Source: Leucoraja erinacea (taxonomy: Eukaryota). From it: a stretch of DNA of 64,000 nucleotides. The DNA lies in the NCBI RefSeq assembly GCF_028641065.1, contig NW_026576077.1:62001-126000 (forward strand). The letters run 5' to 3'. Under the pieces are notes generated by a model that saw only the letters and a list, made by a program, of their open reading frames with translations, had not been told where the DNA came from and did not search any database. Positions 48,746-62,304 of this stretch are shown in pieces. Within the stretch, counting starts at the first letter, position 1. Each line of letters begins with the position of its first letter. The position numbers and the translations under genes were made by a program.

Positions 48746-51700
48746 GGGATCAGTTCAGTTCGTGGTGTTTGGCACAAACATTGTGGACCGAAGGGCCTGT
48801 TCCTGTGCTGCACAAGTTAAAGCTTGTGATCTATCGGGGAGATGTTTCGTCAGATTGCCACCAAACATTCAGTGTGTGTGTTTACGCTCTGGATGAATAA
48901 CGCCTCTTTAATCCCCTGTAGCATTGAGATTTTGCATTGTTCATTCACTGGCGTTTGGTTTTAAAAGCGCGTGACCCTGTTAAAACATGAGAATAAGTAG
49001 GAAGGATTCAGAGAAGGAAAGTGTTTAGTCATTTGACTGCCATACCTAATGATGCAAAGCCAGGAGTCCACCATTAAACTGAGTGTCATGTGTTTGCTTA
49101 ACCTTGCATCTGAAAGTCTGAAGAGGCAAACTTGCTTTTGGCTGCTGACTGGATTATGTAGTGTGTTTGTCTTTGCTTCAGTGAAGCAAGCATAACAGGT
49201 CTGCCCAAAGCTGTGACATCTTTAACCAGAGCTCTGCATGAAGCGTCTTAGGAAATATGGAAGAAAGCTCCTGAGCAAGTCGTCATAGAGTCAAACATGC
49301 TAGCGTAGCACTAGAAAATGTTTGGGCCATTCATATCCATGGGACAGTACGGCACAACAACAGGCCCTTTGGCCCACAATGTCCGTGCCGAACACAATGT
49401 CATCTGCCTGCTCGTGGTCCATATCACGGCCTCATCTACTTCCTGTGGCAGCTCGTTCCATAAGCCCACCACCCTCATTTGGACTCCGCAGTTGCAGCAT
49501 GGGACCCGTACACAAATACAAAACATTTCTTCCATCGAACGTGTCCACAGACAGACAGACAGGCAGCTCGATTTGTTACTAACACCTATGAGAGAGAAGC
49601 GAGTGTCACCAAACTTCTGAATTCTCTGGTCGGAGTGGAAGGAACCCTCTCCAAGACACACACACACACGTGAAGCTCACCGTTTGACCTTAACGTTTTT
49701 ACAAAATGTTAAATGGTCAGCTCGACATAGACTACAAGACCTACACCAAACCCAAACCAATTAGGAGCAGACGAGGGCATTCGATCCAATTTGTGATCCC
49801 AGCTACAAAGACAGATGTGTACAGCAATTCGTTCTTCCCCCGCACACACAATTAAAGCACGGAATAATCTCCACCCAACTATAGTTACCCAACCAGATGC
49901 AACTACATTTAAAGTAGCTCTTTCTTCCCAATAACCCTTTCTGGCTTAAGCCCTCCCTTCACCACCTCCACAGTTTAAATTCCATTTGGAATATTTTGGA
50001 GGACCAAGAATCCAAGAACCCTCTGTGAGAAAAGGTTGCCTTCTCATGATAAGCCGATGCCCTCTAGTTCTTCATTTCCTTACCCTGTGAAAGACACTGT
50101 CTGTTTCCCCACGTGATTGTATACTCCTCCACAATTATCACCTGCTCGGCCATCTATGCTCCACAGAATAACAATCCATCTTGCCCAACCTTTCCCTTGT
50201 GTCCTGGCCTGGTCACGGGTTTTATGTTTTCCCACTTTCTCAGCCCCCCTCCCCTCCCCCACGCATCCGAGGCAATTTACAGAGGGACAACCAACCTCAA
50301 ACCTGCACGTCTTTGGGATGTGGGAGGAAACGGGACCACTCGGAGTCACAGGGAGAACGTGCAAACTCCACACAGACAGCACCTGAGGTCAGGATTGAAC
50401 CCGAATTTCTGCCGCTGTGAGGCAGCAGCTCAACCCGCTGCGCACCTTTTGCTGCTCATGTTTGTGTAAACCACCGTTCAGCACTTTGAGTCTAAATACC
50501 ACCCCCCACCCCTCTCCTACGTCCCTGTTCCTCTTTGGAGTGTGAGGGGGAACCGGAGCTCCCAGAGAAAACCCACGCAGGTCACGGGGAAAACGTACAA
50601 ACTCCACACAGACAGCACCCGTAGTCGGGAAGCAACCCGGGTGTCTGGCGCTGTAAGGCAGCAACTCTACTGTGCCACCAAATCCTTGATTTGTAATTCG
50701 TTTCTCTTTGAATCTTGAGATTTTATTCTTCCCCAGTGTGTGAGGACAGTGTTCATTTTACTCTCTCAACTGCAAGTAATGATAAAGAACCCACGTACCT
50801 TTGTAACTTGTCATTTGTAAGGTGTGCTCACCTTGACTTTGCTTTGCCTTTGACTACTTGCTACACCTGGTGAAGAAAGCCTGTCGACAGGCTCATTGTG
50901 AAAACATAATGGGGTCAGCAGCTGGAGACCAGCTCGCTGGTGTTGCTTACAACAAGTATGGTGAACTGGATCATTTGATGATTTGGTTGCCCCATTCGAT
51001 GTCCCCACCCCCGCCCAGCTGCCGTTGATCAGACCCATGTGGTGAGAAGATTGACATGTATGTCTGTGTGAGCATTATTGCAACTTTACCTAATAATTGC
51101 AGGTATGCATTGCACAACTACTTTATGTAGCTGGTATGCTTTGGGAGGGAGAGGGGGAAGGAGAGGATTGCTGGCACATGCAGCGGCCACAGTAGACAGG
51201 ACTGTTCCCTACTTTGGGTCTTTGACGGCAACAACGCATGGCCACACTTGTGTGCTGCCTGGGTTGTCGGAAAAAAAAGGAATCTCACTGTAACTAGCTC
51301 TGTGGCAACTAATTAGCATAGAATAAGGGGGAGGCCATTTAGAACTGAGATGAGGAAAAACTTTTTCACACAGAGTTGTGGAATTCTCTGCCTCAGGAGG
51401 CAGTGGAGGCCGATTCAGTGGATGCATTCAAATGAGTTAGATTTAACTTGGGGCTAATGGAATCAAGGGATATGGGGAGAAGGCAGGAACGGGGTACTGA
51501 TAGGACTCGAAGGGCTGAGTGGCCTACTCCTGTACCGAATGTATATGTATCTATGTGTCTATCATTCATTCAAAAGAGAGAATTAGATGTTCCCCAGATC
51601 ATGGCAGTATCATTTGTAGATTTTGTTGATCTAAGAATCGTGGATGGAATACAGTTTCCGTAACACCTCAATGTGTGAGAAACTACATTGGCACAGGAAC

Positions 51701-52561
51701 ATAAAGATATTTGCAAGCTCCATGCCTGAATTGTGTAAACTCCACAGTGGATAGAAGTGAGGCAGCAATGTGGAGATCAGATCAGGAGATCTGAAGAAGG
51801 ATCTCCACCCGAAACGTCACCTATTCCTTCGCTCCGTAGATGCTACCTCACCTGCTGAGTTTCTCCAGCATTTTTGTCCACCTTGGAGATCAGGACTTGG
51901 TGGGAATAACTTGGTGGAAATATTGTCTCACAGAACACAGAATGGGATCTAAGAGTGAGGGTATATAGTTTGCTGACAGTGGTCACAGGGACATAATTAG
52001 CTTGTTGCCAATAAATCCAATCGAGAAATAAGTAATGGTTAATGTGTAGAGCGTTAATATAAAGAGTGCATCATCTCCACACCCTGTAGTAATGTCGATT
52101 CCATCTGTACTTCACCTCGAGAAAAATCCTCTGTTTCTGTTTTTTTTTCAAGAATTTGATCCTAATCTATTGATTCATTGCTATTCAGCTAAAATCTGAA
52201 ATTTTATCTACACATCCAGTTTTATTTTTGCCTAAACATTTTCAGTAACTTTATATTAGTTGGAGACTCTCAGCACTTCCCGAATAGGACGACTAGCGTA
52301 AAGTCGCACTTGCGTTGACAATTCTTTAAGCCCACTGTTTTATTTCCGTGGCGTGACTGTCCGGTCGGGTAGACTCTAACTCTCGAAGCCAATCTCTGGC
52401 TCGTATCTATTTTCTTCAGTTCCTCTTGCTCACAACCAGTCTTCCGTTCCACTTCTATGGAACTAATTCTTATTCAGTAATCTCTCTCTCCAGCCCAATC
52501 TTCTATCACTCGTCTACCTCCTGTCTGTAAGATCGCTTTCAACTAGATGTAGAAGATTGGT

Positions 52562-52870
52562 GGTCACGGTGGCGCAGCGGTAGAGTTGCTGCCTCACAGC
52601 GAATGCAACGCCAGAATCCGGGTTCCACCCCAACTACGGGTGCTGTCTGTAAGGAGTTTGTACCTTCTCCCCATGACCTGCGTGGGTTTTCTCCGAGATC
52701 TTTGGTTTCCTCCCACGCTCCAAAGAAGTACTGGTGTGTAGGTAAATTGGTTTGGTAAATGTAAGAACTGTCCCTAGAGTGTGTGTATAGGACAGTGTTA
52801 ATATGCTGGGGTTGCTGGTCGGCCTGGACCCAGTGGTCGAAGGGCCTGTTTCCACGCTCTATCTCTAAAA
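52562..52870 (+). mobile_element. HE1/V-SINE-like SINE, near full length
   Basis: tRNA-like head GGTGGCGCAGCGGTAGAG..GGGTTC, core TGCTGTCTGT..GGAGTTTG..CGTGGGTTTTCTCC..TTTCCTCCCAC, LINE-shared tail GAAGGGCCTGTTTCC; further copies at ~31045-31315(-), 50270-50680(-), 54845-55130, 60515-60780. Confidence 0.85.
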
Positions 52871-54629
52871 CAAAACAAAAAATCACATTCTACCCAAGCA
52901 CAACGGGAGTGCAAAGAGAAAAATACCAGAGTTAGCAGCGTAATGTCAAGTCAGTGTGGCAAGGGTCTTAAAGCAGGGGCTAAGTTAGAAATGAATAATA
53001 AATGGCAAGGTCCCAACTAACATTTCGTTTGTCTTCATAGCAGCAGGCACATTAACAAAACCAGGTGACCAAAAAACTTTTGTAAAAATAAGTGAGGATC
53101 TTGAAACAGTAAATGAGGAACAATGGGACTTTTGGAGTGTCACATGCACCATGGTGGAAGCACAGAGCCATGACGTAGGCAGTCACAAGAAGATAATGCA
53201 AACATTATACCACCGCTTGAACATTCCACACAGCTTTGTTCAACACACCAGTCACTGGAAAAAACCTGATTACACTGTCTGCAGATTTATTTCAATATCA
53301 CTAGGATTGGGAATTGGAGCTGAGAAATGTTTGTATTAACTCGAGATGTTTCTTTTGGAACTGATAAGGCTTAATTAATTTGTCTTCTTGCGTATGGCGT
53401 GCACAGCCTAAAGTTGTAGGTCAACTGTTCTATTTGATCTTTTGTTTGTGCACGTGGGGTTATCTGCATTAGTTGAAGCTGGGCGGACAATGAAGGTTGC
53501 AATCTCCCACCCCAATCCAATTGCGAAAGGCTGGGGAAGTCAGCAAAGGCAATTGTCAAACGAAAGGTGGTTGATCAATCAAATCAATCAATCAATCAAC
53601 CTTTATTGTCATCTTGCAAGCAACAGTTGTACAGTGCAAAATGAAAAGACGTTTCCCAGTGAATAGCGGAGCATCGCACATGAAATTTAAAAACACTTCA
53701 CACATAATAACACTAAAAACAATCCAGTCCCTGATGGAACAGAATAAATAGTTAAAAGCAGGTAAAAAACACAATGTTAAAATACAGTAAACCAATCATA
53801 AAAAATGTCCGGGGCCGCTGATTTGAGTGGCCAGTGCCAGTTATTAAAGTGTCCGTGCCAGCCGCAGAGTCAAGTCAAGTGACTGTGAGTGCAGAGTGAC
53901 TGTTTAGCAGCCTCACAGCCTGTGGTAGGAAGCTGTTTAGCAGCCTCGTAGTCCGGGCTTTGATGCTTCGATATCTCTTGCCTGATGGCAGGAGATCCAG
54001 GTGTGTGTGGAGGGGGTGCAGTTTGTCCTTGGCAATTCTGATGAAGCGTAGCTCGATATTATTCAACAAGCTATGACGCAAGAACTGATATGAAATTTCA
54101 ATGTGAAATCTCAAAAGGCATGTACACTTGAAACAGGAAAGACTGGATGGCCGTGGGGAAGAGCAGTGGGCTAGCAAGTTGTTGTGGGTGCTGAAGAATC
54201 TTTGGGGAAGACAATAGACAGAGTTTGGAAAGACTTTCTGATAATGTGCATCACCTGAAGTTCATGTTCATTAGTGATAACAGCAGAATGAGGCTTCAGC
54301 CCATCAAGTCTACTCCACCATTCAATCATGGCTGATCTATCTCTCCCCCCCAACCCCATTCTCCTGCCTTCCCCCCTAACCTCCGACACCCATATGAATC
54401 AAGAATCTATCTATCTCTGCCTTGACTTGGCCTCCACAGCCACCTGGGGCAAAGAATCCCACAGATTTACAACCCAAGGGAGAGGAAAGCAATGAGTTGT
54501 TTGTGAGGTGGCGCTGGGATTTTTCAGGTTGTGGTTAAAGGGTGTCGAGAGGCTTGGCAGACTTGCTCTATTGATGTTTACACATTTTAAAATAGTGTTC
54601 ACTGATCTCATGACCCTTTTCTCCATCAG

Positions 54630-54704
54630 TTCTGGTCATGAGCCTGATCTCTGGTGTGAAGGACAACTCTGACCGTCTCTGTACTCCAGCGACTGCACTC
54701 TAAG
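54630..54704 (+). other. Probable 5'UTR exon of the RNF167-like gene, carrying a uORF
   Basis: cttttctccatcag| ... AAG|gtaagt; ATG at 54638 runs to TAA at 54701-54703. Confidence 0.5.
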
Positions 54705-55399
54705 GTAAGTGGTCATTGGTGCGATGCGATGGCAGTGAGGTCCTACACGGCTGTGGGGAGGTCGGTCCAGTGGTGGAAGAGTCTAGGACCAGAGGGCACA
54801 GCCTACCAATAAGAGGACGTGCGTGCCTTTAGATCGGGGAGGATCAGTGGTGCAATGGTAGAGTTGTTGCCTCACAGAGCCAGAGACTCAGGTTCCATCC
54901 TGACTACGAGTGCTGTCTGTGTGGAGTTTGCACGTTCTCACTGTGGCCACGAGGGTTTTCATTCCTCCCACACTCCAAAGACGTGCAGGTTTGTGCGTTA
55001 ATTGGCTTTGGTAAAATTGTAAATTGTCCCCAGTGTGTGTAGGATGGTGCTAGTGTACGGGGTGATCACAGGTCAGCGCGGACTCGGTGGGCCGAAGGGC
55101 CTGTTTCCGTGCTGTATCTCTAAAGTCTAATGAAAAGATAGGATAGAGTGCAGACCAATGGTGAGTGGAGCAGCACGAGAGGACAAAGTGGGATTAATCA
55201 AATCAGTCCTGCAGTCCAGGGACCCACGGTCAAGGGGGTGCAGCCCTGGGGCCTGCACTCAAGGAACCCGCGGTCCAGATTAAACTCCATCTGCCATTTC
55301 TCTGCCCATTTCTTCAACTGAATTAGATCCTGCTGTGTTTTCTGACAGATTTCCTCACTGCCTGCAACTCCTCTGATTTAGGTGTCGTCAGCAAACTTG

Positions 55400-55625
55400 T
55401 GCCCCTGTCCCACTTAGGAAACCTGAACGGAAACCTCTGGAGACTTTGCGCCCCACCCAAGGTTTCCGTGCGTTTCCCGGAGGTTGCAGGTGGTTGCCGG
55501 AGGTTGCAGGTAGTGGAAGCAGGTAGGGAGACTGACAAAAACCTCCAGGAACCGCACGGAAACCTTGGGTGGGGCGCAAGATCTCCAGAGGTTTCCGTTC
55601 AGGTTTCCTAAGTGGGACAGGGACA
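55400..55625. mobile_element. MITE-like palindromic element
   Basis: ~75-bp near-perfect terminal inverted repeats TGCCCCTGTCCCACTTAGGAAACC.. / ..GGTTTCCTAAGTGGGACAGGGACA. Confidence 0.75.
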
Positions 55626-55649
55626 TTATTTACTCACCAACCATTTGGC

Positions 55650-56230
55650 TCACCAGCGTCTCTTCTTCCTGAGGAGACTGAAGAAGGTCCATCTGTCTCC
55701 TCAGATCCTGGTGAACTTCTACCGCTGCACCATCGAGAGCATCCTTACCAACTGCATCACAGTACGGTACGGCAACTGCTCTGTCTCCGACCGGAAGGCA
55801 TTGCAGAGGGTGATGAAAATTGCCCAACGCATCACCGGTTCCTCACTCCCCTCCATTGAGTCTGTCCAAAGCAAGCGTTGTCTGCGGAGGGCGCTCAGCA
55901 TCGCCAAGGTCTGCTCTCACCCCACCCAGGGTTTACCCTCCTCCCATCCGGGAGGCGCTACAGGTCTCTCCGGTGCCGGACCAGCAGGTCCAGGAACAGC
56001 TTCTTCCCTGCGGCTGTCACTCTACTCAACAACGTACCTCGGTGACTGCCAATCCCCCCCCCCCCCCGACACTCCTCCCACAGGAAAAACACTATGACTG
56101 TATGCATGTAAATAGATTTATTTATTGAAATCATATTCTATGTCACTCTTCCAGGGAGATGCTAACTGCATTTCGTTGTCTCTGTACTGTACACTGACAA
56201 TGACAATTAAAGTTGAATCTGAATCTGATT
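55650..56230 (+). mobile_element. Rex1/Babar-like LINE 3' fragment
   Basis: QRLFFLRRLKK..LVNFYRCTIESILTNCITV.YGN..RKALQRV; (TGAATC)n tail. Confidence 0.8.
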
Positions 56231-56331
56231 TATTGTTTATCGATATTGGTGGAGGTGGGAAGGATCTGTTCAGCATTGACCACTCAGCCGTTTGTGTTGC
56301 AGGATTGTTGTGCTGGACCTTCTGCCTCAAG

Positions 56332-56430
56332 ATGCCTGCAGGCGTGTACTATTCCATGCCCTACTGTGCAATCTTCATCCTGCCAATCCTCATCATGGAT
56401 GTTCCAGCTCTGGAGGGCTATGTGTACGCG
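56332..56430 (+). CDS. rnf167: RNF167-like PA-TM-RING E3 ligase, coding exon 1 (signal peptide MPAGVYYSMPYCAIFILPILIMDVPALEGYVYA)
   Basis: Acceptor at 56302, aagATGc start, hydrophobic leader, donor gtaagt in phase 0. Confidence 0.75.
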
Positions 56431-57919
56431 GTAAGTCTGGCAACACCCATCTATCCCTCGGATTAATGTTGAATTCACTGAGCTTTTAGTACAATTGGTG
56501 CTAGTTGCTTACATTTCATTGGCTATATTTAAGAGGGAGTTAGAATTGGCTATATTTAAGAGGGAGTTAAATGTGGCCCATGTGGCTAAAGAGATCAGGG
56601 GGTATGGAGAGAAGGCAGGTACAGGATACTGAGTTGGATGATCAGCCATGATCATATTGAATGGCGAATGGTGCAGGCTCGAAGGGCCGAATGGCCTCCT
56701 CCTGCACTATTGTCTATTGTCTATTGATTGGCCTTTGTGAATTGCCCTAGTGGGTAGATGAGAATGTGATAATTTACCATCACCAGTGGGGTGACAACAT
56801 CTGGAGCCTGGATTGTCTCGGCGCACAGGGAGAACAAAGAGGGAAGAGACAGAGACTTTAAGATTTTGCCTTCCATCACAGTGAGGAGGTGTTTGGTGAA
56901 CTCACTGTGGTGGATGTTAAATTTGTGTTGATTGTGTGTTTTTGTCATTTTTTATTACATGTATAGAAGTTGGGATGTAATGTTAAAATTGTACAAGGCA
57001 TTGGTGAGGCCAATTCTGGAGTATGGTGTACAATTTTGGTCGCCCAATTATATGAAGGATGTCAACAAAATAGAGAGAGTACAGAGGAGATTTACTAGAA
57101 TGTTGCCTGGGTTTCAGCAACTAAGTTACAGAGAAAGGTTGAACAAGTTAGGGCTTTATTCTTTGGAGCGCAGAAGGTTAAGGGGGGATTTGATAGAGGT
57201 CTTTAAAATGATGAGAGGGATAGACAGAGTTGACAAGGGTAAGCTTTTCCCACTGTGAGTAGGGAAGATTCAAACAAGGGGACATGACTTGAGAATTAAG
57301 GGACAGAAGTTTAGGGGTAACATGAGGGGGAACTTCTTTACTCAGAGAGTGGTAGCTGTGTGGAATGAGCTTCCAGTGAAGGTGGTGGAGGCAGGTTTGT
57401 TTTTATCATTTAAAAATAAATTTGATAGTTATATGGACGGGAAAGGTATGGAGGGTTATGGTCTGAACGCAGGTATATGGGACTAGGGGAGAATACGTGT
57501 TCGGCACGGACTAGAAGGGTCGAGATGGCCTGTTTCCGTGCTGTAATTGTTATATGGTTATATGTATGACTGCAGGGAAACAAAATTTTGTTCAGACCGA
57601 AAGGTCTGAATGACAAATAAATTCAGTTCAATTCTGGGTGATTCAATGAATGGGTGATCGATGGTCAGAGTGGACTCGGTGAGGTGGAAAGGAACATTTC
57701 CACGCTGTATCTCTGTATGTCACCTGTCCATGTTCTCCAGAGATGGCCTCATTCTGCTCCTGTTAGACACTGACCGTAGCCTCTTTGTGCGAGTGTGGAT
57801 CACCACAGTGGGGCTGTGTTGTGATGTTTGCTGCCCTGGTGAGTTGCATCACTCGGCACTAACAGCAGCGGTGGCAACATGTTAAAGGTTGGCAATAATG
57901 GATGTATTTGTTCCCACAG

Positions 57920-58006
57920 TACACTAACAGCACGCCCAACACCACCATGATCTTCGAAGACCTGCCATCAATGTTTGGCTACCAATTGCAAAGGGATGGA
58001 TTACCG
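57920..58006 (+). CDS. rnf167: RNF167-like exon (YTNSTPNTTMIFEDLPSMFGYQLQRDGLP)
   Basis: F.DLP..FG..L...GL motif of RNF13/RNF167; canonical ag/gt, 87 nt. Confidence 0.85.
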
Positions 58007-58721
58007 GTAGGTTTATTCCTTTACCTGAAGACGGGAAAGCAGAGAATGCGTTTGGAGAATGCCTTCCACTATCTGATGGCATTCCCAAAAACGTCGTTTG
58101 TAGGTTAATTGGCTTGTTATACATGTAAAATTGTCCCCAGTGTGTGTGTAGTCTAGTGTCAATGTGCATGGCTCGCTGGTCAGTGCGGACTCAGTGGGCC
58201 ATGCTGTATCCCTAAACAAAATTAAAATGAAGAGTGTTGACATCACTGGATCTGCACTCGCTGGAGTTTAGAAGGATGAGAGGGGAGACTGAAACGTACA
58301 GAGGAATGAAAGGCCTGGATAGAGTGGATGTGGAGAGGATGTTTCCACTGGTGGGAGAGTCTAGGACCAGAGGTCACAGTCTCAGAATTAAAGGCCGCTC
58401 TTTTAGAAAGGAGGTGAGGACGAATTTCTTTAGTCAGAGGGTGGTGAATCTGTGGAACTCATTGCCACAGAGGGGTGTGGAGGCCAAGTCAATGGATATT
58501 TTTTAAAGCAGAGGTAGACAAATTCTTGATTGGAACGGGTGTCAATGTTTATGGGGAGAAGGCAGGAGAATGGGATTAGCAGGTGGAGATCAGCCATGAT
58601 TATTGAATGGTACAGTAGGCTAGATGGGCCGAATGGCCTAATCCTATAACCCGTGAACTTGTGAAGAGGCAATAACTGTTTCCCATTGGAAGTTAATGTT
58701 GATTTATTTGAACCCCTCTAG

Positions 58722-58844
58722 GGTTACTTGGTGTTTGCAAAGCCAGAGAATGCGTGTGTGCCCATCGCTCCGCCTCCCTCAAACACCAGCCTGATGGACT
58801 TCATCGTTGTGATTCGTCGATATGGATGCAACTTTGATGTCAAG
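58722..58844 (+). CDS. rnf167: RNF167-like exon, PA domain ([34 protein letters not shown])
   Basis: P.NAC.PI.PPP and RR..CNFD.K motifs; 123 nt. Confidence 0.9.
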
Positions 58845-60361
58845 GTAGGTCATAAGTGTTATTGGATGAGAATTAGGCCATTCGGCCCTTCAACTGTACT
58901 CTGCCAATCAATCATTGAATCGTATTGAAACATATAAAATTGTTAAGGGCTTGGAGGCAGGAATTATGTTCCCGATGTTGGGGTAGNNNNNNNNNNNNNN
59001 NNNNNNNNNNNNNNNNNNNNNNNNNNNNNNNNNNNNNNNNNNNNNNNNNNNNNNNNNNNNNNNNNNNNNNNNNNNNNNNNNNNNNNNNNNNNNNNNNNNN
59101 NNNNNNNNNNNNNNNNNNNNNNNNNNNNNNNNNNNNNNNNNNNNNNNNNNNNNNNNNNNNNNNNNNNNNNNNNNNNNNNNNNNNNNNNNNNNNNNNCATT
59201 TAGAACGGAGACGAGGAAACACTTTTTCTCACAGAGAGTTGTGAGTCTGTGGAATTCTCTGCCTCAGAGGGCGGTGGAGGCCGGTTCTCTGGATACTTTC
59301 AAGAGAGAGCTAGATAGGGCTCTTAAAGATAGCGGAGTCAGGGGATATGGGGAGTGGGCAGGAACGGGGTACTGATTGGGGATGATCAGCCACGATCACA
59401 TTGGATGGCAGTGCTGGAATGAGGGGCCGAATGGCCTCTACTCCTGCACCTATTGTCTATTGTCTAATCATTGCTGATCTATCTCTCCCTCCTAACCCCA
59501 TTCTCCTGCCTTCTTCTCATAACCCCTGGCACCCGTACTGATCAAGAATCTATCTTTTCAAGAAGGAACTGCAGATGCTGGAAAATCGAAGGTGGACAAA
59601 AGTGCTGGAGAAACTCAGTGGGTGCAGCAGCATCTATGGAGCGAAGGAAATAGGCAACGTTTCGGGCCGAAACCCTTCTTCAGAAGAAGGAAAAGGGTTT
59701 GGGGCCCGAAACGTTGCCTATTTCCTTCGCTCCATAGATGCTGCTGCACCCGCTGAGTTTCTCCAGCATCTTTGTGTACCTAAGAATCTATCTATCTCTG
59801 CCTTAAAAATATCCACTGACTTGTGGCCCGTCTGTGGCAAAGAATTCCATGTAACGCATGTGCTAGAAAATCGAGGGGGAGGGAGAGGGAGTGAGGGAGG
59901 GGGAGAGAGAGAGGGAAGGAGAGGGAGGGGNNNNNNNNNNNNNNNNNNNNNNNNNNNNNNNNNNNNNNNNNNNNNNNNNNNNNNNNNNNNNNNNNNNNNN
60001 NNNNNNNNNNNNNNNNNNNNNNNNNNNNNNNNNNNNNNNNNNNNNNNNNNNNNNNNNNNNNNNNNNNNNNNNNNNNNNNNNNNNNNNNNNNNNNNNNNNN
60101 NNNNNNNNNNNNNNNNNNNNNNNNNNNNNNNNNNNNNNNNNNNNNNNNNNNNNNNNNNNNNNNNNNNNNNNNNNNNNNNNNNNNNNNNNNNNNNNNNNNN
60201 NNNNNNNNNNNNNNNNGAGGGAGGGGGAGGGAAGGAGAGGGAGGGAGAGGGAGGAGGAGGTGATCGCTGGTCGGCACGGACTCGGTGGGCTGAAGGGCCT
60301 ATTTCCGCGCTGTATCTCTAGTGTGTAAAGTCTGAGCTATGGCGTTGGATGTCTGTTGCAG

Positions 60362-60449
60362 GTTCTGCAGGCGCAGCTGGCCGGCTACAAGGCTGCAATC
60401 GTGCACAACGTCGACTCGGACCAACTGCTCAGCATGCGCTGGAGTAACG
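60362..60449 (+). CDS. rnf167: RNF167-like exon, PA domain (VLQAQLAGYKAAIVHNVDSDQLLSMRWSN)
   Basis: AQ.AGY.AA.VHNV motif; M-x-W is RNF167-type rather than RNF13-type; 88 nt. Confidence 0.9.
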
Positions 60450-62187
60450 GTAGGTTTCAGCTCCGCGCCGCCCGTGGCGCATGCCGCCGCCGTCACTAGG
60501 GTCACGTCTGTGCACGGTGGTGCAGCGGGTAGAACCGCTTACTCACAGAGCCAGAGACCCGGGTTCAATCCCGGTGTTGTCAGTGCAGAGTCTCCACCTT
60601 CCCCCTGTGACTGCGTGGGTTTCCTCCGGGTGCTCTGGTTTCCTCCCACATCCCAAAGACGTGAGGGTTTGTAGGGTAATTGGCCCTCTGTAAACTGCCC
60701 CTGGTGTGTAGGGAGTGGATGACACAAAACTAGTGTCTGCGTGGACTCGGGCCTGTAAGGCAGCAACTCCACTGTGCCGCCCTGAATCCAAAGCTACAAG
60801 GCCCGGTTGTTGGGTGGGAGGAGGAAGATTTAAAAGGGATATGAGGGGGGGTAATCTCTCCTCACAGGGGCTGGTGGAATGAGAGTTAGATGTAGGTACA
60901 ATGACAGATTTAAACCACCCTCGGACAGGTGCATGGATAGGATTAGTATGGAGGCAATGTGCCATTTCTATTTGTCTGTGTCAGGAGCTGGGTGCTGCCT
61001 TGCACCTGTAAGCTGATGCTGTTTGCAACCGTTTCAGTTACTGAGGCCTGAAAACATAACAAGCAGAGGTCAGGCAGCATCTGTGGAGAACATGGACAGG
61101 TGATGTTTCAACAGAAGAAGGGTCTCAACTGAAAACGTTACCTCTCCATGTTCTCCAGAGTCGCTGTCTGACCCTCTGAGTTACTCCAGCACTAATTTTA
61201 GTGGTGTCAGTGGAGGATTGGGCAGCATACTGGCGCAGCGGGTAGAGTTACTGCCTCACAGCGCCCGAGACCCGGGTTTGATCGGGACTACGGGTGCTGA
61301 CTGTACGGAGTTTGTTCGTTCTCCCCGTGACCTGTGTGGAAACATAGAAACATAGAAATTAGGTGCAGGAGTAGGCCATTCGGCCCTTCGAGCCTGCACC
61401 GCCATTCAATATGATCATGGCTGATCATCCAACTCAGTATCCCGTACCTGCCTTCTCTCCATACCCCCTGATCCCCTTAGCCACAAGGGCCACATCTAAC
61501 TCCCTCTTAAATATAGCCAATGAACTGGCCTCAACTACCCTCTGTGGCAGAGAGTTCCAGAGATTCACCACTCTCTGTGTGAAAAAAGTTCTTCTCATCT
61601 CGGTTTTTTTAAAGGATTTTCCCCTTATCCTTAAGCTGTGACCCCTTGTCCTGGACTTCCCTAACATCGGGAACAATCTTCCTGCATCTAGCCTGTCCAA
61701 CCCCTTAAGAATTTTGTAAGTTTCTATAAGATCCCCTCTCAATCTTCTAAATTCTAGAGAGTATAAAAACCAAGTCTATCCAGTCTTTCTTCATAAGACA
61801 GTCCTGACATCCCAGGAATCAGTCTGGTGAACCGTCTCTGCACTCCCTCTATGGCAATAATGTCCTTCCTCAGATTTGGAGACCAAAACTGTACGCAATA
61901 CTCCAGGTGTGGTCTCACCAAGACCCTGTACAACTGCAGTAGAACCTCTCTGCTCCTATACTCAGTGGAGTTTCTCCGAGACTTTGGTTTCCTCCCACAC
62001 TTCAAAGATGTGCAGGTTTGTAGGTTAATTGGCTTTGGTGTAAGTGCCTAGTGTGTGTAGGATAGTGTTAGTGTGTGGGGATCGCCAGTCGGTGCTGACT
62101 CGGTGGGCCGAAGGGCCTGTTTCCGCGATGTATCTCTAAACTAAACTTTTAAAAATCGGTTGCTGATTTTGGTTTTAATTTTTGCAG

Positions 62188-62278
62188 ACGAAATCAGACG
62201 TCAGATCACAATCCCGTCCGTGTTCATAGGGACCCATGCCTCCCAGTTAATGAAGTCTCTGTTCACTTATGATAAGGG
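62188..62278 (+). CDS. rnf167: RNF167-like exon (DEIRRQITIPSVFIGTHASQLMKSLFTYDKG); gene continues beyond the window
   Basis: EI..QI.IPSVFIG as in RNF167; donor either at 62279 (gtgtaa) or 62281 (gtaagc). Confidence 0.85.
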
Positions 62279-62304
62279 GTGTAAGCGGGTAATGTGTTCT
62301 TCAT

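Noticed and set aside
52562-52640. Additional tRNA genes at SINE heads
   Set aside because: A/B-box-like heads continue into SINE core and LINE-derived tail, with no complete cloverleaf.
56332-62278. Assignment as RNF13
   Set aside because: Some residues are RNF13-like, but IAPPP, M-x-W, EI..QI.IPSVF and linkage to HES7 favour RNF167; a phylogeny is needed for certainty.
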